Origin: Psammoneis japonica
Taxonomy: Eukaryota
Length of the DNA stretch: 64,000 nucleotides
Direction: 5' to 3'
NCBI GenBank assembly: GCA_008632985.1
Contig: QPGO01000074.1
Coordinates: 310,001 to 374,000 of the forward strand
A program made the position numbers and the translations under genes. The notes under the pieces were generated by a model that worked only from the letters and a program-made list of their open reading frames with translations, did no database searches and was not told the DNA's origin. Shown here one piece after another: positions 11,321 through 22,850 of this stretch; the stretch's first letter is position 1, and each line of letters begins with the position of its first letter.

Positions 11321-13365
11321 ATGGGGTCCGACAACAATGCCGCCGTCCCAAAGGCGGCCTCTACCTTGCTGGTGCATTTGTTTATTGTTCTCTCCTTGAC
11401 AGGCATTGGCGCTTTTACAGCTGCCTCGAGTTATCGTGGGGGTGCCACCAGCCATGCAAGGAAAATGGTTCAGAGCACAACGTTTAGTGGAGGAGCTGCT
11501 ACCAAGAGTGCTCCAGCTCCAACAGCATTTACGCAGTACAATGGAACAGACAGTTACAATGGCACTAGTAGCGGGACTGCCGCTATTGAAGCTTCGTTGG
11601 TTGGAGGTAGCCTGAAGGAAATGCGTCATCCAAGATCTCTTAGCGAAGAGTTGGCCGTAGAGACCGAGACAGACAAGTACACGGAGCAACTCATTACAGA
11701 AATCCCGCTGTCACCGGATCAGCCGTTTGGTGAAGCCATTGGAGGAAAGGTGAGCAGAGTATATTGCTTCTCTAATGTGAAGTGTGCTTTCTGATTTTTG
11801 TGTACGATATCTTATGCATTTGTCTTTAATTTTCCGTCTAACAGAAGGGTAAACCTCTCAAGGTTTTGTTTCTGTCGGCTGATACTGGTGGAGGGCACCG
11901 TGCCTCGGCAGAGTCGCTTGCAAATCAGGTGCGTAAAGCCGAGAGTTTTCTGCTCATGCGTTTTCTCGTTTATGCTAAAGACAAAATATCTTTTCCCCTC
12001 TACAGTTTCAAATACATTATCCCGGAAGCACATATGACTTGCTAGATGTGTGGACGGAAGACGGTACATATCCTTACAAGACGCTGGTCAAATCGTACAA
12101 GCACTTGTCGGCGCATCCCCGTCAGTGGAAGTGGCTCTATCACATTTCCAACACACGTCCCTACGAACTCGTCATGGACTTTCATTCCACGCTCTTGTGC
12201 GAACGCAAAATTCGCGATCGTATCGCTTCCTACAACCCCGATGTCGTTGTCTCGGTCCATCCAACCATGAATTACGCTCCCTACATTGCCACGAAAAAGA
12301 TTTCCAAGGCCATGGGAAAGCACATTCCGTTCTTTACCGTTGTTACGGATTTGGGATCGGGACATTGCACATGGTTTCAAAAGCACGTAGAGAAAATGTA
12401 CATTGCTTCGGATCGTATTCGTAAATTGGCCAAGCGACGTGGCCGGACTCCCGATGAGAATATTGTCATGAGTGGCTTGCCGATTCGTCACGACTTTGCC
12501 GTGCAAGCTGAAAAAATGGGAGACCGCACGTCAGAATTGGGCAAACGGTACCAGTCGAGTGTTCGGGAGGAATTGGGAATTGATGCGGATAAACAAATGG
12601 TCCTAGTCATGGGGGGAGGTGAAGGTGTTGGTAGTCTTTCGGATATTGTGAATGAGCTTTACGTTGAGTTCAAACAGAAGGGAATCGATGCCACCATTTG
12701 TGTTGTATGTGGAAGAAACGAAAAGCTGCGCAACGACCTTGCCACCCGTGATTGGGATAGTGTCACTTCGCAGAGCAGCGGAGGCGGAAAGCGGCGGCGT
12801 ATCTCCCGAATCCTACGACGAAGAAGAAGTCGCAAGAATCGACGAGACGAGCAAGAACCAGTGGATGAAGCCCGTATGTCTCAGAGCAGTGCGAATGTTG
12901 ACGTTGTTGGCTTGGGCTTTGTATCAAACATGGCAGAGTACATGGTGGCCGCCGATGTGCTCGTTTCCAAAGCTGGACCCGGAACAATTGCTGAGGCGGC
13001 TTCGGTTGGACTACCAGTCATGCTCACAAGGTAAGGCCCTGGATTCAGAATTGTTTCCACCAATATACACTTCCCTTTTTGAAAAGAGTATCTAATTCGT
13101 CTCTCCGCAATTCTGCATTGACAGCTTTTTACCGGGACAAGAAGCTGGAAACGTTGATGTTGTTCTTGACGGCGGATTTGGTGATTACAACGAATGCTCG
13201 GAGGGGATCGCTGCCACAGTAGGAAACTGGCTGCAGGATCACAAATTGCTGAAAACCATGAGCCACTCTGCGAGACAAGTGGGACACCCCCATGCTGCTT
13301 CAGACATTGTTCTTGACATTGGGGAAATCACACACATGTGGTTGAGAATGAATGCACAAGAATAA
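11321..13365 (+). CDS. MGD: Monogalactosyldiacylglycerol synthase (GT28); about 4 exons
   Basis: ADTGGGHRASAESL (exon at about 11845-11928), PDVVVSVHP, TVVTDL, GLPIRHDF, MGGGEGVG, VVCGRN, KAGPGTIAEA, FLPGQEAGNV; GT-AG introns. Confidence 0.93.
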
Positions 13366-14076
13366 ATCCCGCTCGCGTTTGACAACCATGTTGATCTCTG
13401 GCGAAGAAACTCCAACAATATTCCGTTTCTCCACTGAACAACGTTCATTTGTTTTTATATTTTTAACTGCCAAGAAATCCCATCTCCAATTCCATCATGC
13501 CATTCTCGGAACGAGCGCAACTAACGCCAGAAAAAAGCTCGTACGCCGTAAACCCTTCTCAGACAAGTGAGTTTCAAAAGAAGTCACCACTTTTTATTTT
13601 TGTAAGTAACCCATTACTAGCACTCTTTATAAAAAAATATCTATTTACAGTGAAGTACCAACGACACAAAGGCGACAAATCTCACCAAGAATTGCGCCCT
13701 GAAATTATCCCGTGCTTAATCCCTTACACGTTGGTGTTCCCCACAAAAAAGGTCCCTGTTTCCCTTTCAACTGAGCAGATACACTCCCCATTCCATGTGC
13801 AAATTGACCCCAATCAACGTTCTTGGGCTACCACTTATCAGGTACCGGTAGCAGTCTTTGCTTCAGGTAGCTTTCTGCTTCTTCTAAAAATTTTCAGGCA
13901 GCTGTCTTGCTTCTTCTAAAATGTCCCTTGAATTTCCGTCATGTCTTGAACATATCTAAACTCGTCATCGGAGCTCATGACGTGAATGATACCTGTTTTG
14001 TAGACATCATTCGGCAATGGCTCGACAGCTGCAACAAGGTGCTGATGTTGGCTGTAAAGTTCTTCCTGGAGATCTG

Positions 14077-14691
14077 CTAGTTTTCTCGTCGAAAGGACTC
14101 GATTGGATCAACCACTTCTTCCGGAAGCAACGTTTCCTCCTTGGCGGGAGCGTCGGTGTGAAATGCTCGACTAAAGACTGCCATGGTATCGCGAAACGAT
14201 TTCCAGGCATCGGATGTCTCTGAACCCTGATTACAGGCAAAGGGATGAGCTGGCTGCTCCTCCATTGTATCACGAAACAACTTCCAAGATTCCGTTGTTT
14301 CGGAGCCCCCGTTGCAGGCAAAGATATGGACAGACTCTTCCTCGGTTGTCACATCTGAGGAACAGTCGGTTTCCTCTTCGGAAGCTACCGTGTCGTCCCA
14401 GCGGACACGCTTTTCTGGGTAAGACGTCAGGCTTTGATGTCTAGGTGAAGATAGCAAGATACTTGCAAGCTGTGGCTGAATGCATAGTTTCCGAGGAATA
14501 ATGATTTCCTCAATAGGCACTTTTTCGTCACGATGGCTTTTCTGCTTGGAGGGAGAAGTGATGGGAGCTTCCACTTTGTTTCGATCTATTGCTTCAAAAG
14601 TATCATTGTAATTCTGTGCATTAGAACCACTCGATATGGCACGCCCTTGCTTGTCAAGAGACCGAAGTCTTTCTAAGTATCGAGATGTCAT
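14077..14691 (-). CDS. Hypothetical protein
   Basis: 204-aa ORF with normal composition and an internal repeat (H.FACN.GSET..SW/AWK.FRDTM twice); 3' end may be spliced further. Confidence 0.5.
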   Translation of the reverse strand: MTSRYLERLRSLDKQGRAISSGSNAQNYNDTFEAIDRNKVEAPITSPSKQKSHRDEKVPIEEIIIPRKLCIQPQLASILLSSPRHQSLTSYPEKRVRWDDTVASEEETDCSSDVTTEEESVHIFACNGGSETTESWKLFRDTMEEQPAHPFACNQGSETSDAWKSFRDTMAVFSRAFHTDAPAKEETLLPEEVVDPIESFRREN

Positions 14692-15115
14692 GGCTTTGTT
14701 CTTATGAGAGAGTGAAATGTGAAATACACACCAAGGTTAGGGGAAAAGTGCGTGAAGAGTGAAGTCAGTTCCCGAAATTGTGAACGACGGACTGAAAACG
14801 TCGGTTGTAACGGATGAGACAGTTACCAAGATACAAAAGACCTTCGCCATAAATATATGTATACACGTTATATCCAAAAATGTCTGGATACATAAAATAA
14901 AATTGGCGACATTTTAGCATTAATTTTTATTCGGTGATTGAATAATTTAAATGATTAGGGGAACTCGCGCCAAAACTTGTTGTGAGCGCCGAGTACGAAG
15001 GCGCGTAGGATTCTACGCAGAAACAGCATCGCGCGTGGAAACGCGAGAAAGCGCTAATCAGTGCGAGACGAAGACTGCGTCGGCGGCGTGCACACAATGT
15101 CGTTGAGTTCCAACA

Positions 15116-18100
15116 ATGGCTCAGACTGCCACCGCCATTATGGACACACCACCAAAGGTGGCTGCACCACGTTGGGTATGTGACGTTTGTAAAGTCGCCA
15201 AGTTTGAACTGTACGCAGAAGCTGTGGAACACGAGGAGCAGTGTAAGAAAAAGCAAGAAGAGAAAAAGGCACCTCCACGGCAGAATACAGCAAAGGCGGT
15301 GCATCCATTCTTTTCTGGGACTCGAAAACGAAAGGATCCGCCCCTTCCGAGTAAAGAAGTTATTGCGTTAGATTCTGATGGTGATGAGAGTACGACGAAC
15401 GTACCTCAGAAGAACAATCGTAAGCGAGCAGCGATTGGAGAGGAGAATCAGCTCCCAAAGAAGCAGCCACGATCAAGCAGAGACGATGCGACCACTCCAT
15501 CGAAAAAGCCTATAAGTTCTTCGCGACAGCGCAAGCAGCCATCTTCAGCACCCCTGGCATCGATTTTTTCAAAAAAGAAGGCTACTCCGCAGAGTGCTAC
15601 TTCCCAGAATAGCGTCATGGCAGAACACAACTTTGTTGCCAAACGCCGTGCACAGGCCGAACAAGAGCGAGAACGACAGCGTAAGCGGAACGAACAGCGA
15701 TCTCAGCGCTCACAGCAACAAGTTATACAGCACGAAACGACAGCAAAAGTCGCTTGGTGAAGAAGCTCCGCGCTTCCCCAATCCCTCGCACGTGTTGGGA
15801 ACTCGAGTGCCAGAGAAAGTAGTTCTGGCTGAGAAATCAGATGATTCGGTCTCCATAGCGACGCAAGCTCTTTGCAAGACTGCAACGTACCCATCGGGCG
15901 TCGTTCCTTATAATATGAAAGATTGCGAAAACTTGTTGTCACCGGACTCGCACCAGGGCACGACTTTTGACGCGTTGACTCTGGCCTTGGGCAAACTGCT
16001 GAACCTCCTGCGAATCGTTCTTGTGAAGCTCGCTTGTGGTCTGACAAGTACACCATGCAGGGTCTTCCTGGTGATGTTTGTGGAAAAGCAAACCAAGACG
16101 CTGCTATGGAACTTATTCACTTTGTCGAGGAATGGAAACAGGAGCGACAACAAGTTCTCATACGCATGGCGGAGAAGCGGTGCAAAAAGAAACGCAAGAA
16201 ACGAAAAACCATTGACGAAGACTTGTGGATGGATTCTGATGAAGAAGATGACTCTCTTGTCAATGTATGTGTCTTGGTGGGTCCCAGTGGGACGGGGAAA
16301 ACAAGTCTTGTCCATGCCGTAGCAAAGCACAAGGAGTGTGTCGTTTTGGAAATCAACAGCACGGAACGACGTGGGGGGCAAGCACTCAAGCACAAGATTG
16401 AGGAAGCGACGCAAAGTCATTCATCTTTGACAATGTTGAAACAAAGCGCTGTTGAGCAACAGGATACAGTCATGTCGGACGATGAGGAATCTGAGAATCA
16501 GTCCGCATCGGTTGCCATGATTTTGATTGATGAAGGTGCGTATACAATGACAGTGTTAGAAACAACGGACTTTTGTCTTCTTTCTCTGAAACTCACATGC
16601 GTTTTAACCTTCTTCCGCAGTCGATAACATTTTTGAAAACGATGGGGACAATGGTTTCTGGGCGGCACTCGCGAGTGTAGCGAGAAAAGCAAAATGCCCT
16701 GTCATTATGACTGCCAACAAGATTCCAGACGCGCTCGTGGCATCAAGGATCCGCTTCACGTGCATCTACACATCACTCCCCACCCCAATGGAGTGCGCTA
16801 CCAAGATGTGTAACATTGTCCGGTCCGAGGGCTTCTCGTGGAGAAACGATCAACTTGTCGATTCTTCCGATGTCAAAAAGCAGCTTTCCCATATTGCCGA
16901 GCTGTGCGGGTGCGACGTGAGAAGGATCATGATGGAATTGCAGATGTTCTCATACTCCGGTGCTGTATCTGTTCCTCCAAACCTTAACACTGGCACAGAA
17001 CTGCTCCTCGAACCAAGCAAAGAACTATTCGAAAAGCCCGTGATAACGGATTTATCGCCAACATCTGTCGCATCCCATGATTATACGGTGCTTACTATAA
17101 AGGGAAAGAACTTTAGGAGCTTCCAATCTTTGAATAAGTCAAAGCCATTGAGTACGGCTGCTTCCAGTCGAGGTCACGTGGAGGTACTTGTCGGAGGCCA
17201 AGTATGTCCTGCCCTGCAGGTAATGAACGACTCAACAATTATTGCTGTGTGTCCGCCCTGCTTGCTTCCTGAGGGGGTGAATGAGGCGGGAGTCTTTCAG
17301 GACACACTAGAGGAATGTCTCAGCTGTCAGTATGCGGCTGCGACTGTCCGCGACTATAGCAGACTGGGTTCCATATCCACGTCGGAATCCTATTTTGCTA
17401 CAGAAACACTGGTGGACGGTGCAAAGGTTGCCGTACAGTGTCGTCCATTGGATGTTCAGTATTGTTTTCGTCCCCGAAACACGCTTTCTTATACTGAGGA
17501 GGAGGAAGAAGAGGCTGAATTCTCGTGGGAGGCTAGTCGTTCCTCAAAGAAGAAAAAGGAAACGCACGGCAAAGAAGTCGGCGTCAAGGAAACAAGCTTT
17601 CGTAGTCCAAGAGAAACACTGGAGGCAGCCGTTGCTCAATGGAAAGAGTCGACTGGTGAGGTCGCGTCATCTGAAGCAGACATTGATATCACCAGAGAAC
17701 CCAAGCCCAAAAAGTCAGACGACCTTGATTGGTTGAAAGCGTCGGCTTCTTCCTCGGACGCAGCTGTGATTGAAGAGTCATTAGAATTTGGTGGGGTTCC
17801 TTATCTGTCAGGAGCCGTACGTGGCTTTGGTTTCGACCTCGCTAGTGGAGGCAAAGCTGGACCAGCTCACCCAAACAAGCTCAGTCGGGGTGGGAATACA
17901 AAATCGTAAGTGGAAGATCGCGTGTATTCTGCTTGTCCTTGCTTTTCCATTCTTCTTAATGACTGCCGGTTGATCTCTCTTCAACAGACTTGGGTATGAT
18001 CGTCTCTATTCCCTTGGATGGAATGACAATTATTTCTTCTTTGGTGACAGCGAGGCATATGTAACAGCTCCCATGAGCCATCGTGATAAGCAACTACTCA

Positions 18101-18820
18101 AGGAAAATGAGTCACTCGTTCGAGGAAGGAGCTTACCAGAATCAGACGAAGCCGCTTCTTCAAACCCTGAAGCCGATTCAGAACCAAGCTGTCTAGCAGA
18201 ACCGCAGCAGAATCCCTCTCTTGACGAAGTGCCTTGTGCTTCGGAGGAAGACATGTTGCTGCCCCGTTCTCCACCGTTATCGTTGCAGTCGTTGCCATTC
18301 ATGCTGCGAGAAGGGTGCATTGGGTCTCACGTGGATGCTTCGGCACTTAGCTTCCAGGCAGAGCAAGTCGCTACGTCTTCAATAACGAGACTGCTGTCCG
18401 TTGTTGATAACGATCGAATGGCGTGAGTATTAATGAAGTTTTACGATTTGCTGCCTTCTCGAGCCACTCACGCCCGATTTTTCTCTCTGCTTGAACAGGA
18501 TCATGGATGGTTCAGTGAACTACGAAAGCCGGGATTCTCGATTATTCCTAGACTACCTTCCGATCTTGCGTGTCATGGCCGTACACGAGTGTGCTGCAGA
18601 AGCATCCTTTCAAAAGGCATTGCAACAGGATCCTGAGGTGGCTAATCATGCTCGCAGTGGTCGTCGATCAACGAGACGCAACAAGAAGCTGGGTCGACAA
18701 TGCTATTTCGAACGTGTTTGTGACAGTCATGATGTTGACGCAGAAACGTTCAAGCAGTTAGCTAAGGAGCTTGTCAGTTCGCTTTTATTCTTCGGGGATT
18801 CGAAGGACCATGGATCATAA
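15116..18820 (+). CDS. ATAD5/Elg1-like RFC-family AAA+ protein; multi-exon, with two apparent frameshifts near 15740 and 16010
   Basis: LWSDKY box, Walker A GPSGTGKT, VLEINSTERRGG, Walker B ILIDE(VD) across an intron, PVIMTAN, CDVRR; C-terminal LFLDYLPILR motif. Confidence 0.75.
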
Positions 18821-21179
18821 CATTAGAAACATCCTGCGGGGGAATAAATAGACTCTTCCTACTATCTAGTGCACACCGTTGGCTTTTGGCGCGAACCAGC
18901 AATTCGTTTTGCCACAAGATTGATCATTTCCACGTTGGATAACTTCTACTAACTACGGTAGGGCCATAGTCTCTATATCGATTGTTGATTGCTGCTGTTC
19001 TGTTAGTCCAAACTCAAAGTGTGTGCGCCACTCTTTGCGCCAAGTGAGTGAGCTGACATGACTCATTGTGATGTGCTGGGGCTGTGCTGTGCAGCCTTCG
19101 AGACAGAAGCAGCATGGTCCTCAGCGTTGGCTGTGCTGTTTGACATGATGATGTTCTCTGCTGGAGAGGGGCTGCCCCAGTTTTTGTGCACACCACATGC
19201 ATGAGATCGGTGCTGAACTCAAATTCTGGTGCCTGGCCATCTTCTTGTAATTTTCCTGATTTTGCCAGGTTGCTGACTTTGATCTTTGCTCCTTTGACAT
19301 CTTCCACACTGCAGCCTTCTGCTTTTCCCCATCTTCTCAATGATGTGAGCAACAGTCAGTGCATCAGCTGGACCAACAACAAGCCCAGCTTTTCAGATGC
19401 CATCCACCACACACTGAAGCTGCTCCACATCAGTGGAGCATGTCACAGCTTGCTGAACATGCTCTGTGCTGCTGCTCAAAACTGCCGCTTGCCCCCTCAA
19501 AACAAAGCAGGAGTCAGCTTCTTCTGCTTTGCACTCCCCAGCTCAACCCCCAGCAAAGCTTTGAGCACTGAGGCTCCTCTTGTTCTGCCACCACATCAGT
19601 CTTGGGCTTTGCACTGACTACAGTGCCACTGTTGATGATGATCATGATGGCATGCAAGGTGGCACACATTGCCAATGAAGCAAGTTGGTCTTGGCATTCA
19701 TCATCACTGGCCAGGAAGATGGGCACCAAACTCACAACATGTTGCAAGGCTGAGAAATGTTTGAACCATGGTGAACAACAAGATCAAAAGTGCACCTCAA
19801 ACTCATTGAGAATGCCAGGGGCAGTTCAGTGCACAAACCTTGTCAACTGCAAAGTTGCCCATTTTGCAGCTGCTCTGTGTCCTGGGTTCACAGCAATGCC
19901 AACAAACATCAGAAGAAAAGTGCCCAGCCCAATGCATGGGAAAATGCACACAGAGACAAGAGCAACAGCAACATGTGTGACAGCTGCAGAGTGTGTCCAA
20001 TGGTGAGCAATTTATGCCAGGAGTGCTGCTGCTGTTGAATGAAATTTTGGGAGCAGCGTGCACTGGACAATGAGACTGACAGGAGTGGTGCTGCAAAACA
20101 AAATTTTTGGGGCACATGCGGTGCCAAAAGGTGGCCACAAAATTGTCAATTGGTGCTCCTTTTTTTCTGCAACATTTTTGCACAAGGTGGAGGACAATGG
20201 CAACAGGAAAGCCCAGCAGGAGAAATTGGCTGCCTCAAACAACTCATGTGGTGTGATCACAGAAACACTTGCCCAGATGTGCAAAGTTGGCTCTTGCAGC
20301 TTCACAATGGCTTAAATCCCATGCAGAGGGCAAAGAAACAAAGAGCAAAGGTTCAGGAAAGAGGGGGTTGTTGAAGCTGTCTTGTGATCAATGGATGATG
20401 CTCAGTGACAGCCAATGGCTTTGCATGTGTGGCACCTGAGGACACTGTCAACAAATTTTCATCAGTGGCCACAAGACCCATGCACCAAAAATGGATGTGC
20501 CTGAAATTTGGAGCTTGCGCTTTCCACACAACTGCAATCACATCTTGTGCCCTGCCATGTTGCATGTCTCTGCACCATGCAGAGATCACAGATTTTCACT
20601 TCTGCTTCATTCAGCATTGGGCATTGGGTGTTGGCACAGCACACTGGGCACTGGAGTTCCTTTTGCACAGGTTGAAAGTGGAGCTGACAACCATTGAACA
20701 GGAAAAAGTCACACCAACAATCTGATTGAGAAACATGACTTGTTTGACATTGCAATTTGTTTTTGGGTTTGCAGCGTGTGTGGTGGCATCATTCAGATTC
20801 ATGGCATTTGTGTTGCACCAGAATTCTTTCATGCAATCTCAGCCAAACAGGAATCATGATTGCCCTTTCCTCTCCAAGACCCACCACACTGCCATCACTT
20901 TGCACCACACAAATTGATGGTGGGACTCATGTTTGGTGCAGCTGCCTTCTCCCACCCGACTCTCCCCAGAACACTCATCAAGAACACCCACGCATGTCAT
21001 GACATCTTTGTTGGAAAGCACCTGTTGATTAATTCAACACAGTGCATCCAATGCAGCTGCCAATTTTGCATTTTCATCCATGTTTTCCAAGCTGCTGTCT
21101 TTCCTGCAAGTCCATGTGTGCTTCTGTTTGGAAGATGAGGATGACAGACAGGACGAGGAGAAAAGATCAAGAGAGGCCA

Positions 21180-22260
21180 TTGCAACTCTGGCAAACAGAG
21201 AAATTCACGTGGAATCATTTTGTTCATCAACTGCTTTCCACAAAATGTGACAAAGTGGACTTTGCTGCTGCGAGTCTAGCCAAATCACCTGTTGTTGTTG
21301 TTGCAGACTCCGGCTGCTCTTCCTTGAGTGACTTGATTGCATCCCACAGTGCCAGTGGCAAAATCTTGCCACTGGCAGGCAGACTTTGCCACAACATTGA
21401 CAAAAGTGTGATCGTTTTCCTTCTCCCACCCCATGGAATGATTCCTGATTCCTGCTTTCTTCTTCATCATTGTCTTGGAGTCATTTTTTCCACTGCCATT
21501 GCAAGTGGCGCTGGCATCCTTCAACATGCAACTCACATGGCCCAACTCATTTGCAGAGATCCAAAATTGTTGAAGAGCAACTGGCCACTTTTTTGCCCAG
21601 CGCAGCTCTTGATGTGGAAATCACAAGCACTCAGTGAGAGCTTCTGGCACCCAACTCCATTGATGTTTGTGTCAGAAACATCACGGAGCTTGTTGGCACC
21701 AATGGTGCTGCTCAGAAGCTTCCAGAGCAAAAGAAGCTCAACTCTTCCTTGGCAACATTTCTTTGCACCATTGCTTTGCAAATGACAAGAAAGCACTGGA
21801 GTGACTCAAGAACCATCTCCAGCTGGCATCTTCTGTTGCAGAGATGATGCATGCTGAAAAAGCTGAGTCTGAAAAGAAGAAGTGTGCAGAAGAAGCGGAG
21901 CACCAAATTTTGCACCTGGAGGCTTCAAGAAAGATTGCGGCAAAGAATGGTGTGATCGACAAGTCGATCACCAAAAAAGACCTTTGTGCCATTCTGCTTG
22001 TTGATCACAAATTATTTTTTTGTGAATGAAAGCAAGCACAAGAAAAAGGATGTTTTGGTGCAGAAGCATTACAATGTGATGATTTGATTGGATGGCGGGA
22101 GCAACCGATCTGGATGATGCTGCAACCCAACCAGTGCAGAAGATCCTGCCAAGTGTGAGCAAGAGTTGAGCCAACAAGGGCATCATCTGATGCTCCTTTA
22201 CAATGAAGATTGATGGGTGTAAAAATGGTCTAGCCTGGCAGTGGCACAAAATGGTCCAGT
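21180..22260 (+). mobile_element. Degenerate DDE (pogo/Tc1-like) transposase C-terminal region
   Basis: Reads ALDVEIT..Q*ELLAP...GNI......ND.K.LE*LK..LQLASSVAE...ITKKDLCAILL, which resembles my recollection of diatom DDE_1-associated transposase tails; no catalytic triad visible. Confidence 0.35.
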
Positions 22261-22532
22261 CCAGTTAATGTGTGAATGCAAAGCCAATCCAATCAGTTTC
22301 AGCAGTCATCTGCCAGCAGCTGGCAGTGGCATCATGATGGCTCACCACACTTGGGTTGCGACAATTGTTCAGAGCTTGGACCTTGCAGGCTTGATGTGAG
22401 CTTGACAGTCTCTGGGTCTTCACATTTGTGCCAGGTCTTGTTTTGGGATTGATGACTCTGCTGCATCCAAAGGACAAGTGCGCACGTGCATTGTTGGCCA
22501 TGGGCCAAAGCTGGGTTGGTTTGGCTGGCCGG

Positions 22533-22562
22533 TGCATGCATGCATGCATGCATGCATGCATG
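22533..22562. repeat. (TGCA)7 microsatellite
   Basis: Seven perfect TGCA units plus TG. Confidence 0.95.
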
Positions 22563-22751
22563 TTGGGCATCAACCATCTGCATGTCATCAGGGGACAGAC
22601 AGGACGGACAGGAGTGTGGCTTGTGGTGTGTCACCGGTGGTTGTGCGCGCTTTTTTGCACAGTGTTTGGTTGGCCCACATGGGCTGGGTGGGCAGGTCCG
22701 GTGCCGGTGCAGTGGGCAATTTTTTTGGGTCAGCAGTGTTTCCTGAATGTG

Positions 22752-22850
22752 CATTTTGGTCAGACCAAATTGGCATTTTGGTCGAACCAAAATGCTTTTG
22801 TCGACCAAATTGCCACACAGACCAAATCAATTTGGTTGACCAAATTGACA
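22752..22850. repeat. Cluster of TTTGGTC(G)ACCAAA-like palindromic motifs, probably TE subterminal repeats
   Basis: TTTTGGTCAGACCAAA, TTTTGGTCGAACCAAAA, TTTTGTCGACCAAA, TTTGGTTGACCAAA. Confidence 0.7.

Noticed and set aside
4120..13365. Functional cluster of plastid-related genes
   Set aside because: No shared pathway; plastid-targeted genes are common enough in diatoms to be adjacent by chance.
15730..16030. Frame breaks in the ATAD5-like gene
   Set aside because: Probably the same assembly indel error; no independent sign of decay.
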